From the NCBI GenBank assembly GCA_013239625.1, contig MU053399.1, positions 1 to 59,068 of the forward strand: DNA of 59,068 nucleotides, read 5' to 3'. A program made the position numbers and the translations under genes. How positions within the stretch are numbered: the first letter of the stretch is position 1; every line of letters begins with the position of its first letter. The notes under the pieces are model-generated. The model did no database searches. It was not told the DNA's origin and worked only from the letters and a program-made list of their open reading frames with translations. The stretch comes from Lama guanicoe. Taxonomy: Eukaryota. Below, piece by piece: positions 1-14,434 of this stretch.

Positions 1-1260
1 CTTTGTTGGCTCCATAAAGTCACTCTTAGTTTCTCAAAGCTGTCTGATCTGAGATCATATCTGAGTCTACGTATATGACATTCCACTGAAAGCCTTGATA
101 ACATAGCCAGTAGTTCCAACTATGTCCTGTTAGAGAACAGATTCACATTGAAATGAGGCAAATAAGTAATTATATTTTCATGGACAGAAACATCAAGAAC
201 TTCCAGATTCCTCAAGGATCAAGTAAAGGAGAAAAAGCACCTTTGTTTATGATGGTAGAAGGTATACTTTACAGTTTGTCGTAAGTCACAGATAGCTTAG
301 AAAAGGTTTTCTTAGATTTCAAAACCAAAATTTTAAGGAACGAGCGATGTTTCAAACTAAACATTATCAAAAGTTACAATCATCCCCCTGATTCATTAAG
401 CCCCATGTCATGAAAACTTTCTTGCTTGAATCCAGTTTTACCATTAGTTTTTTTATAGATTTCCTTGAAGAGAAACAGCAGTTTTGCAGGAACACTTTTC
501 AAAAGCATCTGATTAAAACAACAGCTCTCTGCAAATGACAAACACTTAAAATATCCATTGTTAAAGATCTGATGAGTGTTCATTTGATAAGAAAGTGTAG
601 TTATTTCTGTGGTATGCAATCTTTTGAGATGATATTTGGAATTATAACTGATCATTATACCAGGACATACCAGATTTCTGAATATTTCATATAATTCCTG
701 GAACACATAACATCCATCTGTACAAATACCAGATAAAGAAGGTTTAGTATTACTTTTTATTTGACAACTATTCCCATATAATTTGACATATCAAATAAGC
801 CCAATTATTTTAACATCTCTAGTTTTCTAAGATGAAAGAAAATTTCTTCTGAGATTTTCCAGGGGTCTTATGGAAAATCCCAAAGTTAATTTGAGGTGAA
901 AACATATTTACTTAGTATATGATGTTGGTAATTTTGGAAAAACATTAAGAAATTTTAAAGTTATTGGTCAAATAAAATTATAGATCACTGTAAAAAATAC
1001 TTAGCTGTCCATTTAATCATAAGAACAATGAAAGATTTTTTAGACAAATACAGAATGTTAGATACTTGTTTTTTAAAAAAACTTTGCCCTTTTATACAGA
1101 AGACTCAGTTTTCTGAAGTAATCAAAGGCCTGATGAAGACAACACAAGAAATTAATATCATATAACTTCAAATCTTTGTTTGTTGGACGGGTTACTATAA
1201 AAAGTAAAGAAAAAACTTTGTTTGCAATTTCTCATTAAAAGAAGATTATTAATCTAATAA
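1..1260. mobile_element. Probable degraded ERV1 (MER4-group-like) internal sequence
   Basis: AT-rich non-coding sequence resembling MER4-group internal regions by recall only. No ORF support; boundaries approximate. Confidence 0.3.
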
Positions 1261-1480
1261 AGCATGGTGTATTGGGGCCCAGAATAGTGCCATGTCTCTT
1301 AATTTCTAATTTTCACTATCTGAAATGGATAAGGAGTCTCGAGAAGGGATCCCTGCTCAATTCCACACTTCCTTAGATTATTTCCAAGAATAAAAACTGA
1401 CCAAAAAACCCCAGACTTTCCCATTATTTTCTTCATTTTGCCTGATGCCATTCCTTTGTATTAATTCATTTTATCTTTCT

Positions 1481-2998
1481 CAGAGTATGTGTATGTTGCT
1501 TACATAGGCTCTCACATACAGTTAGCACCCTTGCTTGGTAAATGCTGTGTTTTGCCACCTAGAATTCTTAATAATTTTATCTGAGTGTGCATGTGAGCAG
1601 AGGAACTATACTCAGTGCCAGCAGCAGCATTCAGTGCAGTTGTACTCCAGCTATGGGGACTGTACACGTCATCTAGGTCATTTGCAAAGGGATCAGCTGG
1701 CCTGGCCTCCCCATGTGCACGCATTCATTAATGTTCAGGGCAAGGAAGGACCATGATGGAGTGATTGGGTTGAGTCACTGGCCCAAACTGGTGCTGGGGA
1801 TGACAACGACTGCAGATGCAAGAAGAATGGTGACTGGGAGAGAGAAGGAACTTTGTCAGGCAGGAGGAATGACCCATGCTGAAGGTGGGGGCTGATTTAC
1901 CTTTCCATCCAGAGCCCATCCCTGTGTCATCTGCAAAACAATTAAATGTATCACCTGAGTGTCAGATGAGGAAATATTAGAAAGCTTAGGCAATGAGGTT
2001 TTTCAGTAAATTATTACAAAATAAGAAAGCACAAATGACCATGGCAATATAGTACATCAGGGAATTATTAACACTTATTAAAGAGTACAGAATATGTGGT
2101 TTTAAAAACTGTTTCAACATTGCAAAGCAAATTACATAAAGGCTTAGAAATGGAAATAATATTTAAAGATTTAAAATTAACTTGAAATTTATTGGTGGAA
2201 AAGACATTCTTTTCATGCTGTTTCACAAAATAATTATTAACAAAAAATTTTAATAACAATGTATTTTTTAATTAAAAGTATGGTGATAAAATGAAGGAGT
2301 ATTCATTTGAAACAAAGATACTCCTGGGTTTCTTACACAAAGTCCACAAATTACCATAAATTTGAGGAATCATTAAAATATTAGTGATTAAATTTATATT
2401 TAAAATTAAATTCAAACTTACATGAAATGGATTTGTATTAATTGATGGTTTGAAATATATTAAAAAAACAAATCTTTTTAGAAAAATTCTCTTTGAGAAT
2501 TATCAGGTCTATGTGTACTAAAATATGTATTTTGATATAATTTATCAAAAATTCAGCTCAACATTTTCACAACCTATACACATTCCTAAGAGCTCCAGTA
2601 ACATAAGCAGAAAGATTCTTTTAAATATTAAAAAATTCAAAATAATCAAAAATTAATCCCACCCTAATATTTATCACCAGTGACTGAAAACACTTTATAC
2701 TACATTAATATAGAATAAAGTTTCCAAGTTATAAATTTTGATAAAAATAAATTTGGAGAAAAATGAGTCCTAGAAATCTTATCATCAGTGAAGGTATCAC
2801 ATAATGAAGTACTTTTTATTATGTACAAAATTCTGAGACAAAATATTATTTGTAATTTTTATTGCATTTAATATCTAATGAATTAATGTTGAGAAAAAAC
2901 TACATTGAAGCACCAATACAGGCGACTTTATCCTCTTTTTGAACAGGAGGCCTCATGTTTTGATTTTGTGCTATGCCCTGCAAATAATGTAGGGCATG
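1481..2998 (+). mobile_element. MER45R-like hAT-Tip100 DNA transposon fossil (~1.5 kb)
   Basis: 5' part 'cttgcttggtaaatgctgtgttttgccacctagaattcttaataatttt' and 3' part 'ttttgaacaggaggcctcatgttttgattttgtgctatgccctgcaaataatgtag' match the MER45 ends. Internal 'ccagtaacataagcagaaagattctttt...' resembles the hAT C-terminal PVTxASAERSFS motif. Confidence 0.6.
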
Positions 2999-3857
2999 AA
3001 CCTTCTCTTCCCTGCCACGTTTGAGGAGTGAAGAACATCTCCACACTGATCATGGATAATGATAACGATTTACCCAGGAAGTTCACCTGAGCTGATGGGT
3101 TGATATTGAACGTAGTAGAGAGACTTGTTTAGAAAAGTGATTAAGCCATAATATGAATGGTTATAACTGATTCATAAAAATTAACTTTCCCCAACCTGAT
3201 TCAGTAGAAATATGGGATCTAGTAAGTGACAAATAAAATCGCATTTGAGAGACGTTATCTAATATAAGAGTTGTTGTGGCTATTTAGGAAGCTAACTAAG
3301 TATGTTCTAAGGGTGGGCAATGCTTGCAAGAATGTCCTTGATATTTCTAACTACTAAACACTGACAAAATAGTCCTATAATCAACTTCTTAATCACCTTG
3401 ATCTCTGTGGGCATCTCCAGGTCCTTAGTGTTGATCCCCTGATACTAAACCACTTCCTGAGATGCACCACCTGGAAAGAAACATAAACTTGTCATTTTCC
3501 TTTCAGAGTGGGATAAGAACTTTGGAATCCTTGATAAAGCCCAGCTAAATCTCTGAAATAGTTTCTCTTTGTAAAAAGAAAGAATAACTGCTACTGGGAA
3601 TTATAGGCATACTATGAGAAGAAAAGGAAGTGTTCTGACTTTTAATTTGATCTAGATGTTCAGAAATCATGCTTTAGATATATTGCAAAATAAATGGAAA
3701 ATAGTAGAACTGTTGCGTGGAATGACAATTTCAGTTAGACAGTTTCCATTTCTATCACTACGTGAGGAAGGAACTTTCCCTTTGACAACATTTCAGCAAG
3801 AAATATAAGCATTTGAAACTGATGGGGAAAAAAACACCATGAATTAAAATAAAGCTC

Positions 3858-3958
3858 ATTATATGTACGTGTGTGTGTATATATATGTTATATAAACATT
3901 ATATATACATATAATATTATATATAAATTATATATACACATATAACACATATATATAC
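3858..3958. repeat. (TA/TG)n low-complexity microsatellite in OR 3' flank
   Basis: tatatgtacgtgtgtgtgtatatatatg...atatatataca. Confidence 0.7.
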
Positions 3959-4098
3959 AATTTCATCCAGGCAAATGAGTGATTTTCTTCTCTAGGTTAA
4001 TTGTAGTCCTTGCATTTAATGATAAAATAATATTTTAATTACTGTACACTGATGAATGGATTTATATCCAACTCTTGGTACTCATGTAAAAACTTTGT

Positions 4099-5035
4099 CT
4101 AAATTTTCTTAGAGCAGATTCTCTGAGTTACTCTTCTCAAGGCCCCCGTTACCTCTTTGTTTCTCAAGCTATAAATAATAGGGTTAAGTGTCGGTGTCAG
4201 GATGGTGTAGAAGACAGCCAGAGCTTTGTCCTCTGCTGGAGATCGAAGGGATCTTGGGCGCAGATAGGTGTAAACAAAGGGTGCATAGTAGAAAGTCACC
4301 ACAGTGAGGTGGGCGCTGCAGGTTGAATAGGCCTTCTTCCTCCCTTCTGCTGAGCGCATGCGGTAGACAGCAAGGAGAACGCGGCCGTAGGAACATGCAA
4401 TCCCAAAGAAAGGCAACAAAAGAAAGAGGCTGGTGCTCACAAACACGGTGTACTCAGACCCACGTGTCCATGCAGGCCAGAGTCAGCATGGCTGGGACAT
4501 CACAGAAGAAGTGATTGATGGCCCTGGACCTGCAGTAAGGGATGTGGAGGGCATACGTGGTGTGGGCACAGGAGTTGATAGAGCCCATTATCCAAGATCC
4601 TGTCATCATCAACACACACACTCTTCTGCTGATCCTGATGGGATAGTGAAGAGGGAAGCAAATGGCCACATAACGATCGTAAGCCATAGAGACCAAGAGC
4701 AATCCTTCTGTACCTGCTATAGTCAAAAAGAAGAAGCTCTGAATCCCACACCCAATGAAGGAGATAGACTTGTTTCCAAACAGATAATTGGAGACCATTT
4801 TGGGGACAATGGTGGAGATGTAGGTCAGGTCCATGAGGGAGAGCTGACTAAGTAGGAAATACATGGGTGTGTGGAGATGGGTGTCCAGACAGATGAGAAG
4901 GAACACGGTGAGGATGCTAAACAGAGCCACTAGGAAAATGAGAACAATGAGGATATAAAGAAACAGGCCAATTCCTGATGGTGGGAATAACCCCAATAAG
5001 ATGAAATCAGTTGATGTTTTATTATAATTTTCCAT
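4099..5035 (-). pseudogene. OR2L-like: OR2L-family olfactory receptor, frameshifted by a 2-bp deletion
   Basis: Two ORFs (4454-5035, 4099-4446) together carry LHTPMY, MAYDRYVAIC, KAYSTC and NPIIYSLRN motifs. Length is 937 bp vs 939 bp for the paralog. 'tactcagaccc' vs paralog 'tactcatagaccc' creates TGA at 4454-4456. The TM1 GN motif is changed to SI. Confidence 0.9.
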
Positions 5036-5056
5036 TGGGCATTCATGTAATTTTTC

Positions 5057-5085
5057 CTAAAGGCAAACACAAGAGTAAGTCAGTC
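5057..5085 (-). promoter_or_regulatory. Putative splice acceptor upstream of OR2L coding exon
   Basis: Minus strand 'gactgacttactcttgtgtttgcctttag|g' about 20 nt before the ATG, conserved in the paralog at 23939-23965. Confidence 0.6.
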
Positions 5086-5707
5086 AAGTTTAAAGCAAGA
5101 AACTATATTTAAGTTAGTATTTTAGTCAGATTGTGTATTATTTAATAAGTTTCAGCTCTGAAATGAAAACTGGACTTACCATATTTGGAAAAAACTCAAC
5201 ATTAGTTTTTGAGGCCAGGGTTTAAAAATTGTAAATGCAAACATTTTTGGACCAAGTGTTTGCCAAGAAATCTTACAGTTATTAAAAAAAGAATTATGAC
5301 AGCATTAGGATAAATATGTTTTAGTGTCCTACAGAAACCCCAGTAACATCAAATCAGGTGTCATATGCAAAATATATTCATGAGAAATGAATATAATGCA
5401 TACATTATAGAATTCTATTATGACTAAGTGTCTATTACCATTAAGGAATGACTTATCTTTCATATTTCAGCCCTCAGGTTTACCTCTAAAACGATTGCAC
5501 CCTGTCAGCTCATGTTGAGAATCTATTTTTCCTTCTTAGCCTTCTTTGTTCAAAGGTGTTGAAGCAAGCTTCTTTGAAGTCAGTTATTAATTTTGTCTGC
5601 CGTGAAATCTAAAGTGAATCCTTATTGTCAAGTATCATTTATAAAAATTCACTCTCTTCTGCCTCTTCAGTGAGTTTCTGAGTATGTAGTTAGAACCTTT
5701 CCCTGAG

Positions 5708-5732
5708 TGTGTGTGTGTGTGTGTGCGTGTGT
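5708..5732. repeat. (TG)n microsatellite
   Basis: gtgtgtgtgtgtgtgtgcgtgtgt. Confidence 0.85.
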
Positions 5733-7329
5733 ATTAAACACCACACTTATTGTAGATTTGATAAATCTGTGCAATTTCTTCCAAATAGACGTTTCATGTC
5801 TCTCTGCTTTGCTAACACAATAGGATGCACATTGCTTTATGGCACTTTGTCTTACTCATTTAACTTTTTTACCTTTTAGATTCTTGAAGGTTTTTTTTTT
5901 CCAATTCTTGATTAGTGTAAATTTAAGCACATATACTTATAATCTCTCCCTGTTAAAACCTATCATGATGATAAAATATATATACCAGCTATAAATTAAG
6001 AGAGAGCAGATAAGCGTAAGGCACAATAAGAAATAAAATAGCTCAGAAACATTTGAAGGAATAAATTTGGACAAAGGAAAGGTCAGTCACTTAAAGAGGG
6101 AAAAAAGATGTCACCCAAGGAATCTTTTTCATGGAGATGGGAAAAGGAATTCTCCAGAGACACTGTAACTGAACAAGGTCTTCAAAGTATATAGTGTTTC
6201 AGTTGTAAATATTTTTATTAAACAAATATTAACAGGCTTTTAAAGAAGTGTGCAACATGAAAGAGGATGTGTGCACATACCCACACACACTCACACAAAA
6301 ACACAAATACACATTCACACACACTTACAGACATACAGCGAGGTAAAATGATTGGAAACTGTATAAAAGGATGCATTATTTAAAAATAAGATTTGTTTGA
6401 GAGGTTTGAGACATTACCATTCTATAAGATAAGTATCACCAGAGCTATTAAAGAGTGTGTCAAGTAACAAAGGTTCTAGCAAATTAAAAAAATAATAATA
6501 ATAATTTTAAAAGATTAAATGAAACTTTTAAAGGCAACATGAAAGGTATCTACCAGAATTTTTAGAAAATGGACAGCAACAAAATAAAAGTTTTGTCGTT
6601 TTCAAACGGTAGGAGAATTAGAGAGTTAATATGAGAAACAATATACACTTATTTTTACTCCTAGAAATACATTTAGCAAAATGATAGAGTTAATAATATC
6701 AAATTTAAAAATTTAAGTATTGATATGTATGAAATACCATATTCAAACAGCATGAACAGAACACAGAAAATTAAACAAGAAATATTTCCTTGAAAGAGGT
6801 TATCTTGAAATTTCTACGTGTCTTCCTGAGAACATTTTTTGAAAAGTGTCAATATTACCTGTAAATACATGCTCCTAAAACTGTCTTTATGAAGAAAATA
6901 TCAAAAATGAGAAGAATTATTTATACAGAAATACCAAGTAAAAGGCCATCAGATTTTACAGTAATTTATATTTTTGTATTTTAGAAATGTGTACTAGCAG
7001 ATGGATAAATGCCGTCAACTTAGCTACCACAGACACAAAGAGGAGGAAAGAGAAAAAGAAGTGGAGGTGGTTGTATGTGGAGGGGGAAGGTCTGCATTCA
7101 CCAAGGTGAGAGTAAGAATCAAAAGATGATATTTAGTAATTAAGCTTGAGAAGATAAGCATATTGGTGAAAATACATAATTAAATACAAGGGGAAAATGT
7201 TAAAATAATACAAAACGTCTGCCTTGTGGATCAGGAGGAGTGAGTTATGAAACCATTGCTTGCCTTCTGGGCTGTGAGATTATGTTCATATTCCACTGGA
7301 ATAAATTATTAAAGTGATGTAAAACTGAT

Positions 7330-7915
7330 GTCACAGTTAAAAACTGAAGTCATGACTAACATTATACTCATTTGTGAAGACTGAAAGCTTTTCTTTTAAG
7401 AGGAAGAAAAAAAGACAAGGATGTCCACTTTTGTCATTTCTAATTTACACAGTACTGGAAGTAAATTATCTTCATTTACAAGTGACATGATCTTACATGT
7501 AGAAAAATGTAGAGTTCACCAAAAATGAGTTAGCACTAGTAAACAAATTTAGCAAAGTTACAGGATACAAAATCACTTGTATTTCTATAAGATAATCATA
7601 TACAATACTGAGAAGTATTTCATAAAGCAGTTAGATTTACAATATCGTGAAAAAACTAAAATCCCTGGAAATAAACTTAACAAGACAAATAACTTCTTCA
7701 CTAAAAATTATAAAATATTGCTGCAGTAAATCAAAAAGGCAAATAAATGGAAAAGTATTCTGAGCTTCTGGGTTGGAAAACTGTTTTGTGAAGATTTCAA
7801 TATTGCCATAAGCAAACAACAGGTGCAATGAAATGATTATCATAATGCCAGTGAGAGTTTTTTTTGGCATAAATACAAAAATACATCCTAAAATTCTTAT
7901 GAAGTCTCGTGGTAA
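7330..7915 (+). mobile_element. L1 ORF2 fragment (old L1M), truncated
   Basis: 'aacattatactc...gactgaaagcttttc...acaaggatgtccactttt', typical of L1 ORF2. Paralogous to the 5' part of the L1 at 25930. Confidence 0.75.
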
Positions 7916-10904
7916 TGAGAGCCAGTGGAACTTTGTTTTGTTTTTGTTTTTGTTTTTGTTTATCATGTTGCCCTGTTCTAGGATTCTGTCATTTGATATT
8001 ACTTAAAAGACTTACATCTGCCAGGGAAGCAATCTTAACTGTTGGATAACAGTCTTGAATATTTCAAGGTCTAAATTGAAGAAGCCTTTTTTTTCTGAGT
8101 TAAAAAATAAATCCAAATTGTTTAATGTTCTCTTTTATTGTGGTTTTACCCACTGGAACAACAATAAATAACCTATTTCAATTTATACAACATTTTCAAT
8201 CTCATTGATATTTTTAAATTATTTTAAAAGATTGTAGCCCATGTATCAGAATTAATGACATTATCTATAAGAGGAAAAGAGGTAGCAGAAAAAATTCTGA
8301 TGATGGGTTTTTGATGAGGGAAAAAAATGCAAGCCTTGAATCTGGACCTTATCCTACATGGAAGATGAACTGAAGGTGTAAACTTCTGTTGACCATCTCT
8401 ATAGGTTGGCACGTAGAATGTGTCAGGATATGTTCCAAGATTAAATTGTATTTGTTCTTGATCACTATCTCTTGAGCTTGAAATCACAACTGACACTTTA
8501 TAAATAACACAATTGAGATTCAGATATTTAAAGTGACTTTGACTTAAAATTATAGAGTGTTGGATTCCCAGCTTGCACTATCTACCTGTCAAATGATGGA
8601 TCTATGTATGTAAATGCATTCTTTATCTATTATACTTTAAAATAATTATCTCTAAAATAGTAAATATTTTAAAGTAATGAATCTGAAATAAGGGTGGGTC
8701 ACTTTTTATTCACCAACACAAAAAGAAGGTAATGAAAAGTAAGAAATGAAAGAAAAAAGAAATAGAAGTTATTAAAATAGAAACGCTACATAGGTGTAGA
8801 AAGCCAAGAATGTATGTGAAACATTTCTTGAAACACAAATAAAGTTTCTTAAAATACAAATATAAAAAAGGTCTTTCACAATCCTTATTCAGAATTTGTA
8901 TCATTAAGCATTAGCTTTATTCCAGTTTCACTTGAGCACATCCAAAGCATCTTTCAAGACCTTTGCATTCAGAATTAGCTCCAAAAATAATTTATGTTAT
9001 CTATTTCATACTTTACCATTTTTGCTGAACAGTATAGTAAAAAAAATGCAGCCACTGGCTGTACCTCAAACTTCATTGACAGTCTTCTGTCCCTTAACCA
9101 ACTCTTACATAGAGAACAACACACACTTCCTGAACTGATTACTTTAACTCAAGAATGGCTTCAATACAAACCATAATGAGAACTATAAGAGAGTCAGTCC
9201 GTATGTAATCGCACAGTGTGGTTGTATGAAAGCATCTCTACTCCTAGGGAATATGATGGCATTACATACACAGTTTTAAAGCATCCTCTATGTGTTGCAT
9301 CTTTCCCATTTCCAGAGGATAGATCACAGGCTGAGGGAGCAATGAATCATCTCTTCTTTTTTTTCAAAAAAATGTTTATCCTTCAACTTCCTTTTTTTCC
9401 TATAAATGTCTTGGTTCAATTAAGGGCGAATAAATTCTTCTCCTAATTGAAGTACCATTTTAACTCATATAAATATTTATTATATGCTTTATCATGGAAT
9501 ATCATAATTGTATTCAGCTATATTTCAGAATATGGTATAGTTGAAGGCAGGCCCATTCACTATAAGTCCAGGACATTAGTACATGGGCAATATAAGCAGT
9601 TGCCTATGTTATCAGTTTTGCTGTTTTAATCTAAGTTTATAATCAATCATTCACAATTAGATCAAATCTCAATTCAATAATAACATGTCTTGGGTATAAA
9701 AGAACTTCAAGTCTTAAGATACATGAATATGTGTTTGAGAAGTCCATCTTTTTTACTTTTAAGGATACATATTTTAGTATAAATTATTTCTATATCTAGT
9801 TTAAAACAACTTCAGTCAAATAAAGTCATTTTTTGGGGGGGGGGTTTCCTGGCTAATAGAGATTCCTGGATGTATTCATTCTTATTACAAACAGAAGTAC
9901 TTCATTCTGAATAAATTTCCCTTAAGCCGTTGCAGTGGAATTGCTCCTCTTCTGTGGTGAATAAAAATAAAAATACCATTAGGATTACTACCTTTTATTA
10001 TATCCGCACTTTCACACACTCACTGGTTTGATTAGCTGACAGAAGTCCAATGGACATCATGTAATCAAAGTCATTTTCTGAGTAAACGTCTTTGAAAATT
10101 TTCTAAATGAATGTACATGTTAATATTTTACCTCTAGAGTTGACATTTTTAAATACCTCCATGGAAACTCAGGAGCAAAATGATTATAGGACTTCTTTGC
10201 CTGCAGATTTATTCTAATGCTTTTGTTTTGTTTTGTTTTGTTTTGTATTCACTTAGGAATGTCCACTGAGATTTAGCCAATGTAAGTTAAGTCACTAATA
10301 GCTCACGATGGCCAGAAGCCAAAGTTGAGGGTGGAGTTTTGACAACTTCTAGAGGCATTTTCTCAGGTGTGTTAAGGGTCAGTTCAGTGGGGAAAGAAGC
10401 AAATTATTTAATCAGCTTTTTCCCATACTATGTCTCTAAACTTTTTGGATCATATATTTTATATGTTGTTCAATTAATATATATTCATGATATGTTTGCA
10501 AGTATTAATGTATATCTCAGTTTTGATTATACTGGTCAAAGTTTAATAAGATAAATATAATATAGTTTAATAAAAAACATACAAGCAAAAATTCTTCAAG
10601 TGTCAAATATATGGGAGTGATCTTTAATTTATTTTAGGTGTTCCATATTTTCCATTCAGTTGAAAATACATATTTCTTTATAAAACAATTTTCATTCATT
10701 ACACTAAACAAAGAAAATATTACTAACTTTGATGAAAGATTTAGAACATATCCAACAAAGCAAACTTACTGAGAAAATACTTTAAATGTTCTTATATTCC
10801 TCATAGTTTCCAGTAAGTGAATTAATTGTGCCATTTACTTGTGAGAGTAATACAGGTGCCTTTTAAATTTTTAAAAACTGATTTAAAAATACTTGAATCA
10901 TTTG

Positions 10905-12000
10905 TTATAATATGTTTCAAGGAAGATTTTTTTTTCTTCAATTTATTTTGAGTTCTTTGGTCTTCATGGGTCTCGATGTTCATTTCCCGCCTCAGATTTG
11001 GGAAGTTGGTGTCATTATTATTTGAAATAAGCTTTCTGTCCCCTTTCTCTTTGTCCGCTTCTTCTGCAATTCCCATAAAGCATATGTTGTTTGTTTACAA
11101 AATCCCACAAATTCTATGACAATTTTCCACTCTTTGGTGCTCTGGATTTTTTGATCCTCTGTCTGGATAAGTTCAAATATTCTTGAGCTCACTCGCTGTT
11201 TCTTTGACTTGATCATGTCTATTGTTTATCAATTTTTCAGTTCAGTCACTGTGTCCTTCAGTCCTAGAATTTTTATTTGCTTTTTTTAAAGATATCAAGT
11301 TTGTTCTTGAATGTCTCATTTTGTTCAAACATTGATTCTCTGATATTATTTAGTTTTCTGTGTTTTCTTATAGCTCCATAAATTTCTTTAAGATAAATAT
11401 TCTGAACTGTGTCAGGCAGTTTTTAGATCTCCATTTCCTTAAGATCAATTGCTTGTGCATTATTTTGTCATTTGGTCATGTCATATTCTTCTGTCCCTTG
11501 TGAAACTTTGATTCTTGAATTGGTGTTTTCATATTTGAAGAGGAAGTCACAATTTCTAGTCTTTATATGTTAGATTTGATAGGAACAGCCTTGAATTAAT
11601 AAGCCCAGTTAGAAAATTTGTGCAGACTAGTAGGCAAGTAACATGTGCAGGTTTGCTCAGAGGGTCCATGGGTCAGTGGGCTTGATGTTTGTGTCTGTAT
11701 TAAAATTGGATGCTCACTTGCCCTTCTTTTCCTCACGAGAGAGCACTAAAGAGAAATAAATCTCTCTGTGTCCTGTGCTTCATGGCACTGGGGAAGGAGT
11801 GACTCAGGTAGAGTAAACTATCCTTTCTACCCACTTCAATGTGTCTTATCTCAATTCTGTGCTCCACCTGAGGGCTGTAACCTCTCATCTGGAATCCAGA
11901 GCTCTCCTGAATGTATGTTTTTGCATGATTACATATTTATATCCGTGTTTCTGTGAAGGGATGCAGGCTGTAATCTTTTATTCCAACATCTTTCTGACAC
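10905..12000 (-). mobile_element. L1 ORF1/5' region fragment
   Basis: Minus-strand ORFs GIAEEADKEKG...NFPNLRREMNIETHEDQRTQNKL resemble decayed L1 ORF1p. Confidence 0.7.
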
Positions 12001-14119
12001 AATAGCCATGAATGAACAAAATGAGGAGTACTAAGCCAGTCCCACACAGCCCATTCCCTGCCCCAGCAAACCTATGGGATAATTTGATTCTAAAGTAACT
12101 ATTTTCTGACCATTACAATGATAATTTTTTATTTTTTTAAAAGGGGGGGAAGCTTGATGGAGTGATAGTAAAAAAAGTTGGCTACAATATGTAGAGAACA
12201 TGTTTTATTAGAAGGACTATTGGGATCTATGGAAACGGAGAGGAAGGATACAGTGTCCTTATGTAAATGGCATCTGATTCCAAATTTGAGAACAGTGAGG
12301 AATGTGAATAATGTAGTCAAAGAAATTTATGTGAGGAAAGTGGATCTTATTTTGAAGATGTGTGCAAGTATCTACCTGATGCAGTTATGAGTTATCACCA
12401 TTTGTTCAGACAACTGCCTTCAGTTTAGCATGAAGAGGACATAAATGTTTACGTAGGAGCATGGGCTGCATGATACTGCAGACACAGGACTGCAACATCT
12501 GAAAGGAGGAGATAACTTGCCATAAAAGGGAAGGTAACATCATTAATATGTATGTTGACTAGGTAACTCCAAGAGAAATTTCAAGACAGTCTGGAGTTAA
12601 AAGGAAATATTAGAATAACAGAGTCTTGTACTGGGAGACTGCAGTCATAGAAACAAGTCATCCCCATTTTCTCCTAGACTGTGACACTAAATGACAATGG
12701 CAGTTGAGATCCCCCCATAGAAAGACCACCATTCCAGAAACTTTAGAAGTGTTAGGAACTTTGAGATGTCCAAGGAGGTGGGAGATTTTCCTGTGTGCCA
12801 CATTATGTTCATTACTGAATTGTAGAGATGGCTTTTCTACAAGCACTGGGCCACATTAGATCACCAGGTCCTCGAGATACCAATGCTTGTCCACTCCTTC
12901 ACAAATTCATGATAGGCACTCTCCCTCTGTCTCTATCTGTCTCTGGCTCTCCCTCTCTCTATATATATATATGTATATATATGCCCATCTCTATCTCTTT
13001 CTTTAATGTCTCTCTCTGGTAATTCAGTGTATCTATAGAAACAGAGTCATACAAGTTCTTTCTGGACTAACCAAAGAATAAAGACCAACCAAACCACTTT
13101 TACTTTTTCCACTTCTTATGTCCTTTTCCCCAGACACTGTACCTAAAACCATCTTCTGACATATCCTTTTAGCTTAGTGATAATAAGCAAGTTCATAACT
13201 GAATGAGAGGTCACTGGACTCTTAGTTAATTAGAAAGTCTAGAACAAACATATCATTTTTTTATGTGTTCTCTTTTGACATTTCTTGGAGAGCAAACACT
13301 TCAGTATCTATGAAAGAACCCAAGTTCTCACTTCCTTGCTTGACTTAAGCTATAGCGAAAATATATGCCTACACTATGCGTTAAATTCTTTATTTCTAAG
13401 AATATGGGTACAACACAAATACATTTATGAAGCTTTGGGAGGAGCTCATAGTATTATTCTGATTGTATAAATGGTATCTCCAATGGGCAATAGTGGCTTC
13501 TTCACAAGATCCATTCACAGGCTGATATTGGACATTCCTCAGGATTGCAGAGTCTTCAGACATACTTCACCTCCATTTCTGGAGATTTTATAAGTCTTTC
13601 ACTATTTTTATAATTATATTATCAATTTAATTTGGGTAGAATTAATTTCTTTTTCCTGTTAAGAAACCTAGCGGATTATATTAGATTCCAAATCCCATTT
13701 TGATTCAGTTGGAAAATCTTGCTAGAAAACACTCTAGTAAGAAAGAGTGAGGACATGGATTAAGGCAGTAATTATAAGGATTTAGGAGGACAGATCTTAA
13801 AAAGTTTCAAGTAGAAAGCATTGAAATTATTTATGATTGATTGATCTCTCCAAGGGAAGATCAAAATATTTGTGAAATATTTCCCCACAATGTATGATGT
13901 GCTTAGCATGAATTTAGCCATTGGTTTTAAGCAGCAATTATCTTTGTTCTTTTTTAACATTTTTATTCTTAATAATATTGTGTTACAATTTTTCCAAGTT
14001 TTAGAGTGATGCAGTTGTGAGGTGAGGTAAATCTTTTGACAGCAAGCAACTATTATGTTTTTCCAGATTATTATAACATTATCATTGGTTCCTTGGGATG
14101 TAAAATTCTACATAATATA

Positions 14120-14272
14120 GGGGGAGGGTATAGCTCAAGTGGTAAAACACATGTTTAGCATGCAGGAGGTCCTGGGATCAATCCCCAGTACCACCTCTAA
14201 AAATAAAGAAGTAAATCTAATTACCTCCCCCTCCAAGAAATTTAAAAACCTTTAAAAAATTTTTTAAAAAGA
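14120..14272 (+). mobile_element. vic-1-like camelid tRNA-derived SINE
   Basis: ggggagggtatagctcaagtggta...gcatgcaggaggtcctgggatcaatccccagtacc, with A/B boxes, taattacctcccc tail and 18-bp TSD (14102-14119 / 14273-14290). Confidence 0.85.
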
Positions 14273-14434
14273 AAAACTCTATGTAATATAAATTTGAAAG
14301 GAAAAAAGTTATAACCAATTGCCATTCTATAATCCAAGAGATTAATCAGTTAGCACTCGAGTAAACAATAAATATTTAATCAACATGAGCCTAAAAATAT
14401 CAAAATTTATATCATTTCTTTCAAATTTCTCTCA

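Noticed and set aside
4323..4855. Antisense ORFs over OR genes (also 23390-23599, 47213-47549)
   Set aside because: Shadow ORFs opposite OR coding sequence.
14120..14195. tRNA-like sequence (also 18028-18100)
   Set aside because: Degenerate, followed by a SINE tail and flanked by TSDs, so a SINE head and not a tRNA gene.
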